DNA of 53,601 bases, filler included, from Catajapyx aquilonaris (Eukaryota): the NCBI GenBank assembly GCA_000934665.2. It is 2 parts of 2 records of this genome, joined end to end, with 100 filler letters (N's around TTAATTAATTAA, not from the genome) between each part and the next. Parts side by side here need not be neighbours in the genome. Positions count along the whole stretch, not along the records: positions 26,855 to 53,601 come from JYFJ02005161.1; 1 more part is not named here. One strand, written 5' to 3'. Position numbers and translations under genes: made by a program. Positions 36,976 to 48,444 of the stretch are shown piece after piece. How positions within the stretch are numbered: position 1 is the stretch's first letter; each line of letters begins with the position of its first letter. The notes beneath the pieces are model-generated. The model was not told where the DNA came from. It searched no databases and worked only from the letters and a program-made list of their open reading frames with translations.

Positions 36976-38201
36976 ACTGTTTTCTTCCTAAAGCATGCCA
37001 ATTGCCAAATACATGTGTGAATGACGCGAATCACGATTGATGCCTTCGATAATATTAATAAATTTATTTCACCAATGCGCCTCAGGAACTAATTTGTCAA
37101 CTGACTTCAGATTGAAAAGTACGTATACTACTGTGAAACGCACCAGTCCCCATCCATCAGCGCCGGATTTACCAGTAGGCACAATGGGCAATTGCCTGAA
37201 GGTAAATGTTACACTCGATAATTTCTTAAAGGAAATCAAATGAAGCAAATAAGATAACTCATGACATCATAAACGAGTTCGGTGAGAATAAGGGAGAAAC
37301 AAACATCTTAAGTATAGCTGTAAAATGTTTTTAAAGTTTAAAAAAAGTGATATCAGAATCCCATATGCAGTACTGTACTGTACATGGGTTGAGTCACAAG
37401 TCATTGTGGATATTTTTCATTCTATAACATGTACATGTGAAAAGCTAAGTTTTTAGTATTTTGTGAATGCTTTATTTCATATGACTCAGTACATTCATGC
37501 TTATGGACACTTATCCAATAAATACCTCCCAACATACAGTATTGTAAAGGAGAAGTGGACTTACAGAAATGACATCAAATCCGGAAGGGAATGGTATTCT
37601 AGGATAAAGCAGCATAATAAAATAATAAATGAACATAAAGTCACACGCCCACACTCGTAATCCGGATAACATATGAAGGCCTATATTCGAAATATCATAA
37701 AACTCGTATCCAACTGAATTTTAAAATTTTAAAATATATTGGAAATTATTTTGAAATCTCTTCGTTTTCAACCCAAAAAATGTCTAGTGATGTTAAAATA
37801 TTTTATACAGTACCCTGAGATTCTCTCATTCTGTATGCTACACAAATACAATACCAGACCATGGTCACTCAACATTCATGCTAAACTCCAATTTCCCCCC
37901 TTCTCCACATCTTACAACAGACTCGCCACGTCCTGCTACATAGGCTAACAGGGACGGTTACGACTACTTTCTCTACATCTAGACTGTAAAGTCTAGACTG
38001 ATCTACAGAAACTATAAGCCACAACTGTTTTGCATACAATACAAGTTGGAATATTAGGCAGCAATACTCTCAACCAGAGTCAGAATATTGGGTCCAGTTG
38101 TGTTACAGGGTTACTAATTGAATATTTCATTGCCTCATTTCTAGCTGACAAGTTGTTTAGATAACTTGACATGATTGTACAACATCTTTCTCGATACGGT
38201 C

Positions 38202-38963
38202 TTAAACACCGAAATCACTTTTCTCGTGTGTGTGAGAACTCTCATGCTTTTTCAAACCTGCTGAGTGAGCAAACATTTTACTGCAAATGTGGCAACTGAA
38301 TGGCTTTTCCCCTGTGTGAATCCTCATATGTACCTTCAAATGCTCTAACCGACGAAAGTTCTTCTTGCAAACCTGGCAGCTGAATGGCTTCTCCCCTGTG
38401 TGAACTCTCATATGTACATTCAAATTAGCTGCGCTTGAACACATTGCATTGCAAACGTCACATCTAAATAGCACCTCCCTAGTGTGAATAGTCATGTGTA
38501 CAGTTAATTGTCCTGACTGACTAAACTTTTTATTGCAAATCTGGCAACTGAATGGCTTTTCCCCTGTGTGAACCCTCATATGTACATCCAAATGCCCTAA
38601 CTGACGAAAGTTCTTCTTGCATACCTGGCAGCTGAATGGCTTCTCCCCTGTGTGAACCCTCACATGTATTTTCAAAATACGTGATCCCTTAAACTTTCTC
38701 CCGCAAACCTTGCAGGTGAATGGCTTCTCTCCTGTGTGAAGCCTCGTGTGTGCATTCATACTTCCTAACTGACTAAACCCCTTCTTGCAAATTTGGCAAC
38801 TGAATGGCTTGTCTTCGAAATGAATTATTCTCGTGTGGCTCGCCAACTCATTCCAGGAATTACATGTCCTCTTGCAAATTTGGCAATCATTCTCCGCTAA
38901 GTGTCTCCCTTTGTCCATGTCTTGCTGGATCCCATCCTCCATGTTCTTTTCAGCACCTTTTCC
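38202..38963 (-). CDS. C2H2 zinc-finger protein, terminal exon with 8 tandem fingers
   Basis: Eight C-x2-C-x12-H-x3/4-H units, mostly joined by TGEKPF linkers; phase-0 acceptor (TTTCAG) just above 38963; in-frame ATG at 38942. Confidence 0.9.
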   Translation of the reverse strand, partial: GKGAEKNMEDGIQQDMDKGRHLAENDCQICKRTCNSWNELASHTRIIHFEDKPFSCQICKKGFSQLGSMNAHTRLHTGEKPFTCKVCGRKFKGSRILKIHVRVHTGEKPFSCQVCKKNFRQLGHLDVHMRVHTGEKPFSCQICNKKFSQSGQLTVHMTIHTREVLFRCDVCNAMCSSAANLNVHMRVHTGEKPFSCQVCKKNFRRLEHLKVHMRIHTGEKPFSCHICSKMFAHSAGLKKHESSHTHEKSDFGV

Positions 38964-39394
38964 CTGAAATGGGTAAGTATAGGTATGAGCTCATTAAATC
39001 CATGATGCTAATAATGCAGGTTGAATGAAGGGAGAATTTTTGAACTGGCTATGCTTGCTATGCAAGATTATTACTGGGGTTTTCCCAAGGAATAGCCCAA
39101 CGAACGTTACTGTGGCTCTCCCATGCCAAGCTAAGCTGGTGTCGTTTTAATTGGCAACGCCACGGTCAGGGAACTGTTTTGGGGTCTTCATGAGATATTT
39201 TCAAGGTGTACCTGGTTCGAGGGCATGCCAGGTCAGGTCAGATACGGTACAACAAATTATCTATTAATCAATTAATGCATGCCCCAGAAAGTGCTACAAA
39301 CTAAATCTGATTTTTAAAAATATACCTAAGATGATTACTCCTGCATATTCTCAATACTGGCTGCTAAATTGTCCTGCTCGAAAATTATTGTTAT

Positions 39395-39958
39395 GTGTTA
39401 GGCGCCAACTCCTAAAACGGCCATTGAGCGAAAAAACCAGGGCATCTCACGTAATACTCTTTTCAAGGCAGGCAGATCGCGACATGCTCACTTTAAAACT
39501 AGCAGACTCCGAAATGCTCTTTTAAAAAAGACCAGAACGCTTTTCTGGACTACACAAAATGTCAGGACACGAATTGGGTGTCGTAGCTGGTTCAGAAAAA
39601 GCCCATAAAGCTTTATGGCAGTTGCTTGTTACCTACTACGCCATGTAGATTACAACAACAGGACGATTTATTTCCATCATCTACTTGCCGTAGTGAGAAA
39701 CAAGAAACTGCCACAGCGCGTCGTGGGCTTTTTATGAACTAGCCACGACCATAATTTGGCGTCGACATTCTTGTGTAGTCCAGAAAAGCGTTCTGGGTTT
39801 AAAAAAAGAGCATTTCGGGTTCTTCTTGTTTGAAAACAAGCTTTTCGCGATCTGCCCATTTTATAATGATTTCGCGAAATGGATGGTTTTAAAAGGGGCA
39901 TTTCGCGATCTGCCAGTTTTTTTTGCTCATGGCCGTTGTCGGGGTTTGAGCCTAACAT
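39395..39958. mobile_element. degenerate foldback MITE
   Basis: GTTAGGC..ACGGCCAT(T)GAGC(G)AAAAAA and CCAGAACGCTTTTCTGGACTACAC are mirrored at the right end (GTGTAGTCCAGAAAAGCGTTCTGG..TTTGCTCATGGCCGT..GCCTAAC). Confidence 0.7.
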
Positions 39959-40829
39959 ATGCAATGGGCATGTTGCATTATGCCATGCGAATTATGTTGG
40001 AATTGCAGTTATCACCTCTTTTTACCTCCCTTGGAACTAAACAATAAAGTACAGCACTATGAGTAGGGCCAAACAAATGTGCATAACCCGTAACCAGCAG
40101 TACAGGTAACATTCACAGGAACCAAACAGAATGGGCAGAGACAAAAGGGTAAACTCCAGGAGGCTACTCTGCCTGCCCCCATCATTAGCCGTGCTGAGCT
40201 ATAAAATTTAATTAACTAACTACATTTAATTTACCATTGCCACACTTATATATTTTGGAACCTTTTATTCTGAGCACTTAAAAAATCGTTGCAGAATTCC
40301 AAGCTTGACTTTACAAATCAAGAAACTGGTATGAAAAGACTGAGTGTCCCTTTTTATTATTCGATAGGCCTACTATTAATAAACTGGCACTAAAATGGCC
40401 ATGCAATCAGCGACGTAGCCAGGACTTTAGTAAGGGGGGATTATATGACTGTACCAGCACAAAATTCACCTACTTTACCGCTCGGCTCCGACACACCAAC
40501 TGCCTAACTTTCGAATTTTCCTCATCCGAACTGACCCTTTTTCCTTAATTTTTCAGCTTTAAATTAGGAACAGGAAGGACCCTAATTTTTCAAACGCCAC
40601 ATACTAGACAAAGAAGTATTGCCGAATTCTATTGAACAACATTGACTGCCCCATGCTCAACATTACTGCTTTTCTCCGACAGGTCTCAGCTTAGATGGGA
40701 AGCATCTGTAGAACCCATCCCACCTGCCCCAGAAGGACTCCTGCAGAGAACGCGCGGTAAGTGAGCTCAAAGTCCCCCTTGAAAAACAGGCCTGCTCCGG
40801 TGACACCCTCCAATGTGTCGAAAACCATT

Positions 40830-41365
40830 CATGGTGATAGTTTTCAGAAAGGCAGGCAAACTAACGAGAGCGGTTAAATTTACTTTGGGTTCGCAGATGA
40901 TTGACATAGTAAGTAGGTATAAATATTTGGGGGTAACCTTTTCCACCTCGGGTAAATTTAGCATGCAGTCCGAACTGACTAAAAGCAAGTCTAAAGCTGC
41001 AATTAATTCCACCTGGCAGACACTTCGGAACCTTAAATTGAGAAATTTTCAGGTAGGATTGTACCAATGAAGCTATATCTGATGCGCAGATTGTACAGTA
41101 CTATTTATCGAGGCAACCGCAAGCGACATTTTCCGAAGCGGCAGAAGAAGGAATCTTGCTCGCCCGGCTTGTAAGTATGCTTATACTCGATTTCTTCTTC
41201 TGCCGCTTTGGAAAATGTCGCTGGCAGTTGCCTCGATATATGACCTATACTGTACCAATAGCTCAGTGCGCATTTTCCAAATTAGGGGACTAAAGTATTT
41301 TATTGACATTGAAAGGATTCAAAACTTGTTTGTGAAATAATTTCTGAGTTTTCCGCAGTCGGCAG
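40830..41365 (+). mobile_element. LINE reverse-transcriptase fragment (thumb region), interrupted by a hairpin element at 41107-41238
   Basis: VIVFRKAG..IDIVSRYKYLGVTFS (YKYLG motif), resuming after the insert as ..IDIERIQNLFVK*. The insert has ~45-bp inverted arms. Confidence 0.7.
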
Positions 41366-41650
41366 CAGACTTTTTCTTTCGGTGAGATAGAGGTATTTCT
41401 CCCCTGTCGATAAAAAAATGTTCCTACAGTCTAAGAGGCTATTGAATTCTCCATAAAATTCATAGCTCGACCTAATGTTACCTTATGTGCTCAGGCTAAG
41501 TAATACCTGATTTGCAACTTGCATAGGGATAGGAGCAATGCTCCATAACGGGGTAATAAAAACAAACAAACAAACAAACAATATAGTCGATGCATGAGGC
41601 TGATTTTTACACCACTTTTGGCATGTAACATGTCCAATGGTGCTTCTCAC

Positions 41651-42028
41651 CTGGTTTTGCCTGGCTGTGTTTCCACTTCCATCGTCTGCCTCCTCCTCCC
41701 TGGCTGGACCAGTGTAATTACCGAGTGGGTGACCACTCGGGTGTATAGTGTGCACTGGAGTACCAACGAAGGGATGGCCACTCCATTGTAAAGTGTACAC
41801 TGGAAGGGGTACCAGGCCGTACGTACGGGGTGCCAGGGGATGCCAAGTTGCACCACTAGGGAGTACCAGTGCAGGTGCACGCTGGAGTACAGGAGGGGTT
41901 ACCCTCTCGTCGGTCCCTGTGTCCCTGTCGACAGTTGCTCTGCTCCCACCCTCCCAGGGCCTCCACATCATCCGATCTGCTGACCTCGCGGCCACCACTT
42001 CCGGGACCTCGTCTTCTCCCTCAAACAT
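41651..42028 (-). CDS. candidate upstream exon of the 8-finger ZNF (contains WRPW)
   Basis: 126 codons ending at a phase-0 donor CAG|GTGAG, matching the phase-0 acceptor of the 38963 exon. Linkage is inferred, and a frameshift separates it from homologous upstream coding-like sequence. Confidence 0.4.
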
Positions 42029-43191
42029 CCGTTGTCTTCCTCTGGCTCCAACTTGACCCCTGTCCCACCTGGAGTGTGTGCCAGCTGGTGAAGTCTCCTG
42101 TTGATCACACCTCTTGTCGGGGGAAGTGGGCGCACCTTACAGATCTGCACTTTTGGTGATGAGATATTGAGATGTATCACTGAAGCAGAGTAGCAGACTG
42201 CTTGAGTCTCGGTGCTTGCTTCGACTGGCTGTGAAGTGTGAACCTGTTTCCTGTAATTCGGCTGGCCATGGGCCATGGGGCAAGACCTCTCTGCCCTCCC
42301 CCCCCCCCACCAAAAGAGAAAGAAAGTGTCCCCCTTTTCCAAAAAAACGAGACCTTTCCATTTTATGACCTGCGACCCTTCCTTGCAACTGGATCCCCCC
42401 TCCCCCAGCATGGTGTGGACTGTGGGGCACGATGACCTTCCAAACCTAAATCATTGGCCCTATTTATGGAAAAAAAAATTGAAAGAGAAGAAAAGATTGC
42501 TTGGCGAACTTTCCTGAATGAAAAAGAGTCTGCAGGTGAAGATCTGTTCTTACAAAGCGATAGAAACTAATTGTGTCTTCACACCAATTTTCAGCCCCCC
42601 ACCGCCTTTTTCCTGCAATATATTTTTCAAAGCCAATTTGGTGGATTTCCCTATCATATTCACGTAGTACTTCAAAATCACATCTTCCAGAAGAAAATCT
42701 GGCAAACATTTTTGAAATATTCGTGAGAAAACACGTGATCGGATCAATATTGCAAAGAAGTTATTAGTTGCCCAGTGTAGCCTAATTGTTGGGTTTTTTT
42801 GTTGTTATTACAACCCAACCACTCTTATCCTTGTCATTATCAATTTCATATTTCCAAAGAAGGAAATGGCAGGTTAAATTAATTTGATTAATTTGAAATC
42901 AAATTAATTTGAAATCACAATTGCAATTTTTATGTGTAAATTGTCACGTCCCAAAGTCCACGACGCGACGTCTCCAGACGCTGGGCTACAAGCCCCTCCT
43001 TATCGCCAACAAGTGTCAATACTTGCCCGGGTGGAATAAGTCAACATTGAATAAGCGCTTTAGCAGTCCATTAATTGATTGATTTTCCGCCCCCAACATT
43101 CCTACTCCTTCCCCAATGTGACCCGTGACAACGCAGAAGTTTCCTCTGCACTCTATTGCTAACGAAGCAAGGTTGCACGCGTACTTGCAGA

Positions 43192-45126
43192 ATGGCAATC
43201 ATCGCTGTTCATCTGACAATAATTGCTTCCATGTTGTCATTAATGGCTGAAGGCATTCAAATAAGTGTACTGCACGATCCGGAAGAGATGCTGATGTCGG
43301 ATTTCTTGTGGCAGAACGGAGAAGAATTGGAATCTTCCTGCTCCTTGGTCGTAGCAAGTGACACGAAGCGAGGTGTTGCCAAATTTCGTGCCATCAAGGT
43401 GGCCAATGGCAATTACCAATTAGTACTCATCCGTGTTCAGTTCTCATGCCAAAATTTCTCCAACTTGAACAACCGGAAGGAAGTGATCTCTTTCACCAGC
43501 ATACCTTACCAGATCGGTTCAAGCTTCTGGCCCGGATCTGACTGCGCCTTCAACATCCTGATCCCCTCGTCTCAAGAGACTCTTCCCAACCTGATGGTTC
43601 ACCTGGCCTCAGTGGCCAACCTGAGGAATCTCTACGACCGGTTTCTCTTCTGGATGACACCTGACTCCAACCCAGAAGAAACACTCTTGTCCACAACCGC
43701 GTCTGGAATTCGGTTCAAGTTGATGGCCAGGTACGACCCAGATCGAAATGCAATGGACCTGTCCACTGCCTGCTTCTTCTGCAACCAAGGCCAATCAAGG
43801 GTGGTCAAACTCGGACAAGTGCATAGGAATAGTAAGGCTAATTACAATTTGTACCCAGACTACAGCAGAGACCTTCACGGTCATCAAGTGGTAGTTGGCA
43901 ACAGGGCAAACCTGCAAGATGTTTCGAAGATAGATGTCTCATCCAGTGATCAACATGTAACCCATGCTGTCTTGTTGACGCACTGTATTATTAATCATTT
44001 AAACGCAAAATTGATACCGTATTATCACGATCCTCCAGCGTCGTCATATGATAAAGATTTTAATGAATCCTGGGCATCACCTGTGGATGATATTGTCATG
44101 GGAAATGTTAGCATGTCCTTCGGGATTTATGTTCTGGAATATTCCATAGAAAAAGTGGAATTGCTGAATTATCTGATTCTTTGGAATGGAATAGCAGTGG
44201 CTCGTGTTCCTAGATCTGTTGGAAAATCGTGGAAAGTGTTGATATATCCATTTACACCTTTCATGTGGGTTGCTGTTGCATTAAGCACTCTTTTTTCTTG
44301 CGTCACCACGTGGTTTATTCTGACCCGGTACTTTCAGAAAAAGTCGAGGTTTCAGACATTTGCTCATTCCCTGAGCATTCACCTTCGAATACTGATAGAG
44401 CAGCCAATGAGCTTGCCATCTGTCACATCGTTGAAATATTGTGTATCGATATTTTGGCTGTTTGCATTAATCATATGCTGTGCCTACAAAACCAAGCTCG
44501 TGGCTTTCATGACCTCTCCGGATAAAGAATTTATTCCTCAAAATACAGAAGAATTACTCTATTCGGATTTCGATGCGGGAATGCCAATAGGAGAGTACAC
44601 ATTTTTTCGTGCTCTTGTACCAATGATAGGTAATGATAAATATAAAATTCTAGCCAACAAAATAGAGCCTTTGGCTTCCGTAAGTGAATGCTTGGAAAGA
44701 GTTCTTCACACTGATTTCATTTGCATGGTTACTCATTGTTTTGCAGAAAAAGAAATGCGCACTTTTGTGAATAGCAAAGGTGAGAAGATGGTGGCAACTC
44801 TTCCAGAAGAGTTTTTATTCTTATATTCTGGAATAGCCTTCGGTCGGGGGGAGGTGTATGCCCCACATGTGATAGCTGCTGCAAAAAGACTGGTTGAATG
44901 CGGTCTAATAATTAATTGGTATGAGAAAGAATATTATTGGCATTACCTCTCCAAGCTGCCCGAAATTCGCGAGCGTAACATCCGAGAAGAAATATTCGAG
45001 TCTATTGAAGACGTGTATTCATTGGAAGACTTAAAGTTTTCTTTCATGCTTTGGTCTGTTGGTTTGTTGATTTCTACCATAGTGAGACTTGCAGAATGTT
45101 TTTTATTCCGTAGAACTCTTAGGTGA
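43192..45126 (+). CDS. divergent ionotropic receptor (IR, iGluR-derived chemoreceptor), intronless, ~644 aa
   Basis: Signal-peptide-like start, M1 LIYPFTPFMW, pore LRILIEQP, M3 CCAYKTKLVAFMT, S2 GIAFGRGE, M4 near the C-terminus. First ATG at 43192; the ORF track starts at a TTG. Confidence 0.85.
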   Translation: MAIIAVHLTIIASMLSLMAEGIQISVLHDPEEMLMSDFLWQNGEELESSCSLVVASDTKRGVAKFRAIKVANGNYQLVLIRVQFSCQNFSNLNNRKEVISFTSIPYQIGSSFWPGSDCAFNILIPSSQETLPNLMVHLASVANLRNLYDRFLFWMTPDSNPEETLLSTTASGIRFKLMARYDPDRNAMDLSTACFFCNQGQSRVVKLGQVHRNSKANYNLYPDYSRDLHGHQVVVGNRANLQDVSKIDVSSSDQHVTHAVLLTHCIINHLNAKLIPYYHDPPASSYDKDFNESWASPVDDIVMGNVSMSFGIYVLEYSIEKVELLNYLILWNGIAVARVPRSVGKSWKVLIYPFTPFMWVAVALSTLFSCVTTWFILTRYFQKKSRFQTFAHSLSIHLRILIEQPMSLPSVTSLKYCVSIFWLFALIICCAYKTKLVAFMTSPDKEFIPQNTEELLYSDFDAGMPIGEYTFFRALVPMIGNDKYKILANKIEPLASVSECLERVLHTDFICMVTHCFAEKEMRTFVNSKGEKMVATLPEEFLFLYSGIAFGRGEVYAPHVIAAAKRLVECGLIINWYEKEYYWHYLSKLPEIRERNIREEIFESIEDVYSLEDLKFSFMLWSVGLLISTIVRLAECFLFRRTLR

Positions 45127-45538
45127 AAATATTGCAAAACAGTTTCAAGCAGACATTATGCGTATAAATTGCCATTTCTCTATGGAAACCACTGACTTGC
45201 CCCCCAATAAGGCATGCCCCCAATCATTTACCGATCGATCATAATTTTAGAGAAGTGCACCAAGATCGTCACTTTTACCATGTAAAGTCCAAAGTAAACG
45301 GCGAGAGAAAGCATAAAGAGAGGGTGACGGGAAGGAGTTATATAACACAAAAGGAAAGCAAGTGCTCTTTCACAGTTGCGAGCACGCCTTTATTTGTCAA
45401 ACAAATATTCAATGCATTAAAGCTGTCATGTAACTTGAAGGATCGTGACAATTTTCCTCCTCCATTCAATTGCTCCACATGAACCTTGGGCGGTGCCAGT
45501 TAAAGTAATAAGTGCAGTTTTTCGCGGATAATTCAAGC

Positions 45539-47512
45539 ATGATCATCCTACATTTGTTGGTGTCTTTGACTTTTCCCGCATTGTTAAATGCCAGCGTGTA
45601 TTTGATCCCCGGTTCAGAAGAAAATAAGCTGATGTCATCTCTCGCAAGACAGATTTTTACGGAGGATTCGTGCGCACTGGTAGTGGCAAAGGACACAAAC
45701 AGACTGGACTTGAGCAAGTTTGAAGCGATACAATACTCTCACTCCCAGTACCGCACAGTGGTCATGACTCACATGCACAGCTTCCCTTTCACCCACCGCA
45801 ATTACCCTGGACTGACTAGCCAGCAAGACCTGTTCTCCTTCACCAGCATGCCCCCACAGCTTCGGTCCAAATTTTGGCCCGGATCACACTGCACCTTCAA
45901 CGTCCTCATACCCGACTCGACTCAAACCCTCCCGAAACTAATGGTCCATCTGGCCTCCTTCACCTCCCTTCGAAACCTACACGACAAGTTCCTCTACCTG
46001 ATGCCACACGAGGCGGATTCCAAAGAAGCTCTTCTGTCGCCCATCTCATCCGGAGTCAGGTTCAAACTCATGGCTGCCTTTCACACTCATGTTCTCTCAC
46101 TCTCGACGGCCTGCTTCTTCTGCGACGATGGAAATCCGACAGTGACAAACATGGGGTCGTACCGAGGGGAAAGTGCAACCGGACTGTATCCTGACACCGG
46201 CTTCGATTTGCATGGGAAAAGTGTGAGCATGGCTTCATTTGCTATGTGGACCTGGGGTAGCACCACTGGGCTGTCCTTCAAGGAAAAGAAGAGGAAGTAC
46301 GGAGAAAACAAGCTGGAATTTATAGAAAGATTCGCAGTCAACCTGGAAGAAGAATTCGGCATGAACATTGCGCCTTACGACATAAATGTTTTTACCTACA
46401 CCATAGATCAGCAACACTCGAACGGATCATGGTCCGGAAGCATTGGCGAAATTGTAAATGGCAAGGTTGGGTTTTCTCCTATTGCACTTTACTCCTCTGA
46501 TTCTATTCAATACGTCGATATGTCCTTTCCGTACATCTACATTGGAACGACATTTGCGACTCGGAAGCCACGGCCAGTCTTGTCTGGTATGGTCGTGTTA
46601 TACCCGTTCAATTTGGGCATGTGGCTTGCATGTCTGGCTGTAATTGCGATGTCCAGCCTCGTAATGTATTTGCTGAAATCTGTCCATGGCAAAGCTCATT
46701 ACTCGGGCTCTTTACTGCTGGGTTTAGGTGCAGCATTTGAACAGTCTGTACCAGATAAGGAAACCTCACATACCCGCAAATTCATTCCGGTTTTTTGGCT
46801 TTTTTGCATGATCGCATGCTGCGGCTACAAGACAAAACTGGCCTCGTTTCTGGCATCTCCTCCGAAAGAATCTTTGCCTGATGACTTGGAGAGTCTGCTA
46901 AATTCGAAATTCAAGTGGGGTATGACAGTATTGGACTTTTTTATATCCCGTGTAATGCTTCCATTTATTGATGATCCTAAGTACAACTACATATTTAATC
47001 ATTCATCGCCCGAGACATTCGCCACAGCTAAAGATTGCCTGAATAAGACTTTGCACTCTGACTTTGCTTGTTTTCTGGATGTGGTATATTTAATGTGCGA
47101 TAAAATATACTTTATTGATGAATTTGGTGACTCCGAATTAAACGTACCTCCTGTGCAATTTTTCGAAATTTACACCGGAATCGCCTTTGGAAAAGGAGAA
47201 GTGTATTCGCCTGCAGTAAGTAGTTACATTACCCGATTGTTTGAGTCTCGTGTTTTGATGAAGTGGTTGGCAGATAAGCATTTCCAGTTGAAACTAAAAG
47301 ATCTTCCGACCATTCGCTTCAAAAATCAGAAAAATTCGCTCCGTTTCCTGACGGAAATGACTTTCTCGGTGTCGGAGATGCACGGTACTTTTTACGTCCT
47401 GTTAATTGGGTTATGCGTGTCGCTAATAATATTACTGATGGAAATTACGTCTCAGAAGGAATTGTTGCCTAAATGTAAATTCCTCCAAATTTTCAATGCA
47501 AAAAGTAAGTAG
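45539..47512 (+). CDS. divergent ionotropic receptor (IR), intronless, ~657 aa
   Basis: S1 NGSWSGSIGEIVNG, M1 VLYPFNLGMW, pore LGAAFEQS, M3 CCGYKTKLASFL, M4. Paralogous to the upstream IR (shared FWPGSxCxFN and LSTACFFC). TATATAA at 45339. Confidence 0.85.
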   Translation: MIILHLLVSLTFPALLNASVYLIPGSEENKLMSSLARQIFTEDSCALVVAKDTNRLDLSKFEAIQYSHSQYRTVVMTHMHSFPFTHRNYPGLTSQQDLFSFTSMPPQLRSKFWPGSHCTFNVLIPDSTQTLPKLMVHLASFTSLRNLHDKFLYLMPHEADSKEALLSPISSGVRFKLMAAFHTHVLSLSTACFFCDDGNPTVTNMGSYRGESATGLYPDTGFDLHGKSVSMASFAMWTWGSTTGLSFKEKKRKYGENKLEFIERFAVNLEEEFGMNIAPYDINVFTYTIDQQHSNGSWSGSIGEIVNGKVGFSPIALYSSDSIQYVDMSFPYIYIGTTFATRKPRPVLSGMVVLYPFNLGMWLACLAVIAMSSLVMYLLKSVHGKAHYSGSLLLGLGAAFEQSVPDKETSHTRKFIPVFWLFCMIACCGYKTKLASFLASPPKESLPDDLESLLNSKFKWGMTVLDFFISRVMLPFIDDPKYNYIFNHSSPETFATAKDCLNKTLHSDFACFLDVVYLMCDKIYFIDEFGDSELNVPPVQFFEIYTGIAFGKGEVYSPAVSSYITRLFESRVLMKWLADKHFQLKLKDLPTIRFKNQKNSLRFLTEMTFSVSEMHGTFYVLLIGLCVSLIILLMEITSQKELLPKCKFLQIFNAKSK

Positions 47513-48142
47513 TAAAATCCTACTTCCACAAATTGTAATAATACAAGCACTTCAAAAAAATTATCACATAGTAATTTTTGGCCAAGTTTTTGGCTCTTTA
47601 CTTGGGTCGTAATATATCATACACACTGTGGTGAAACTGGTCTATACATATTGTATGTAATTTTCCTTGTTTTTTCACATGTTCATACGCTCATTGGATA
47701 GTTGTGATACTTTATTTTTACGGCCATTATTTTTGTTGTGCATTAAAATTAATGTGCACATGCCTTTTCATCTAATCAATATAATCATATTTTTCAGATG
47801 ACCCTAGGCGCGAATAGCTACTAGTCAATAACGTCAAAGGTTTAATGAGTCTATTTATTCAGTATGTTATTTGCAATAAAATGTAATAATATGTAACAAT
47901 ATAATAAATGATTATATAATAACGCTTTCCGCTTTTGTTGTACAGTGATTGCAATAGCGTTTTTATTTTTCATTTTCCTCTCATTCCTGTCACTTAATGG
48001 CTGTAAAAATTCAGTGATAATGATGTGATACTTATGGCTGATTTAGACCTTGAGAGAACATTTTTTTTCCCTTCATACTGTATAATTACGCGGTGAAAAA
48101 GTATTGGCATTTTTACATAAGGCACTACTTAACAATCTCAAA

Positions 48143-48332
48143 ATGTCAATTCTTCAGGAAGTGACAGGTCAACATTGAGGCTCTTTAGCAGTCCATTAAT
48201 TGAATTATTTGCCTTGCCCAACGCCTTCTCCTATTTGACCTTTGAATGTAAAGTGTTGCGCATCATAGAAGTAGCCACTGTTTCTAGTTAGGCCACGTCC
48301 TTGCTTAATGGCAATCATCGCTGTTCACCTGA
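48143..48332 (+). pseudogene. remnant of a third IR promoter plus first codons
   Basis: GTCAACATTGA..CTTTAGCAGTCCATTAATTGA..ATGGCAATCATCGCTGTTCA(C)CTGA matches 43013-43215; homology is then lost. Confidence 0.7.
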
Positions 48333-48444
48333 ATTGTCTAAACAAAAATGATAGGGCATTTCGCGTGTTTAATGTAAGTATACATTTTCCAAACTTTAAT
48401 CTCATCAAAGGTGACTTTGGTGCATTTGAGGTCGCATTATCTGC

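Noticed and set aside
40683..40756. Exon-like segment on the + strand (..TCCGACAG / GTAAGT)
   Set aside because: Good splice signals but no partner exons or recognisable peptide.
48306..48329. Possible extra terminal Pvr exon (VNSDDCH*)
   Set aside because: The preceding exon already ends in a stop at 48445, and this sequence is explained as the antisense of an IR start remnant.
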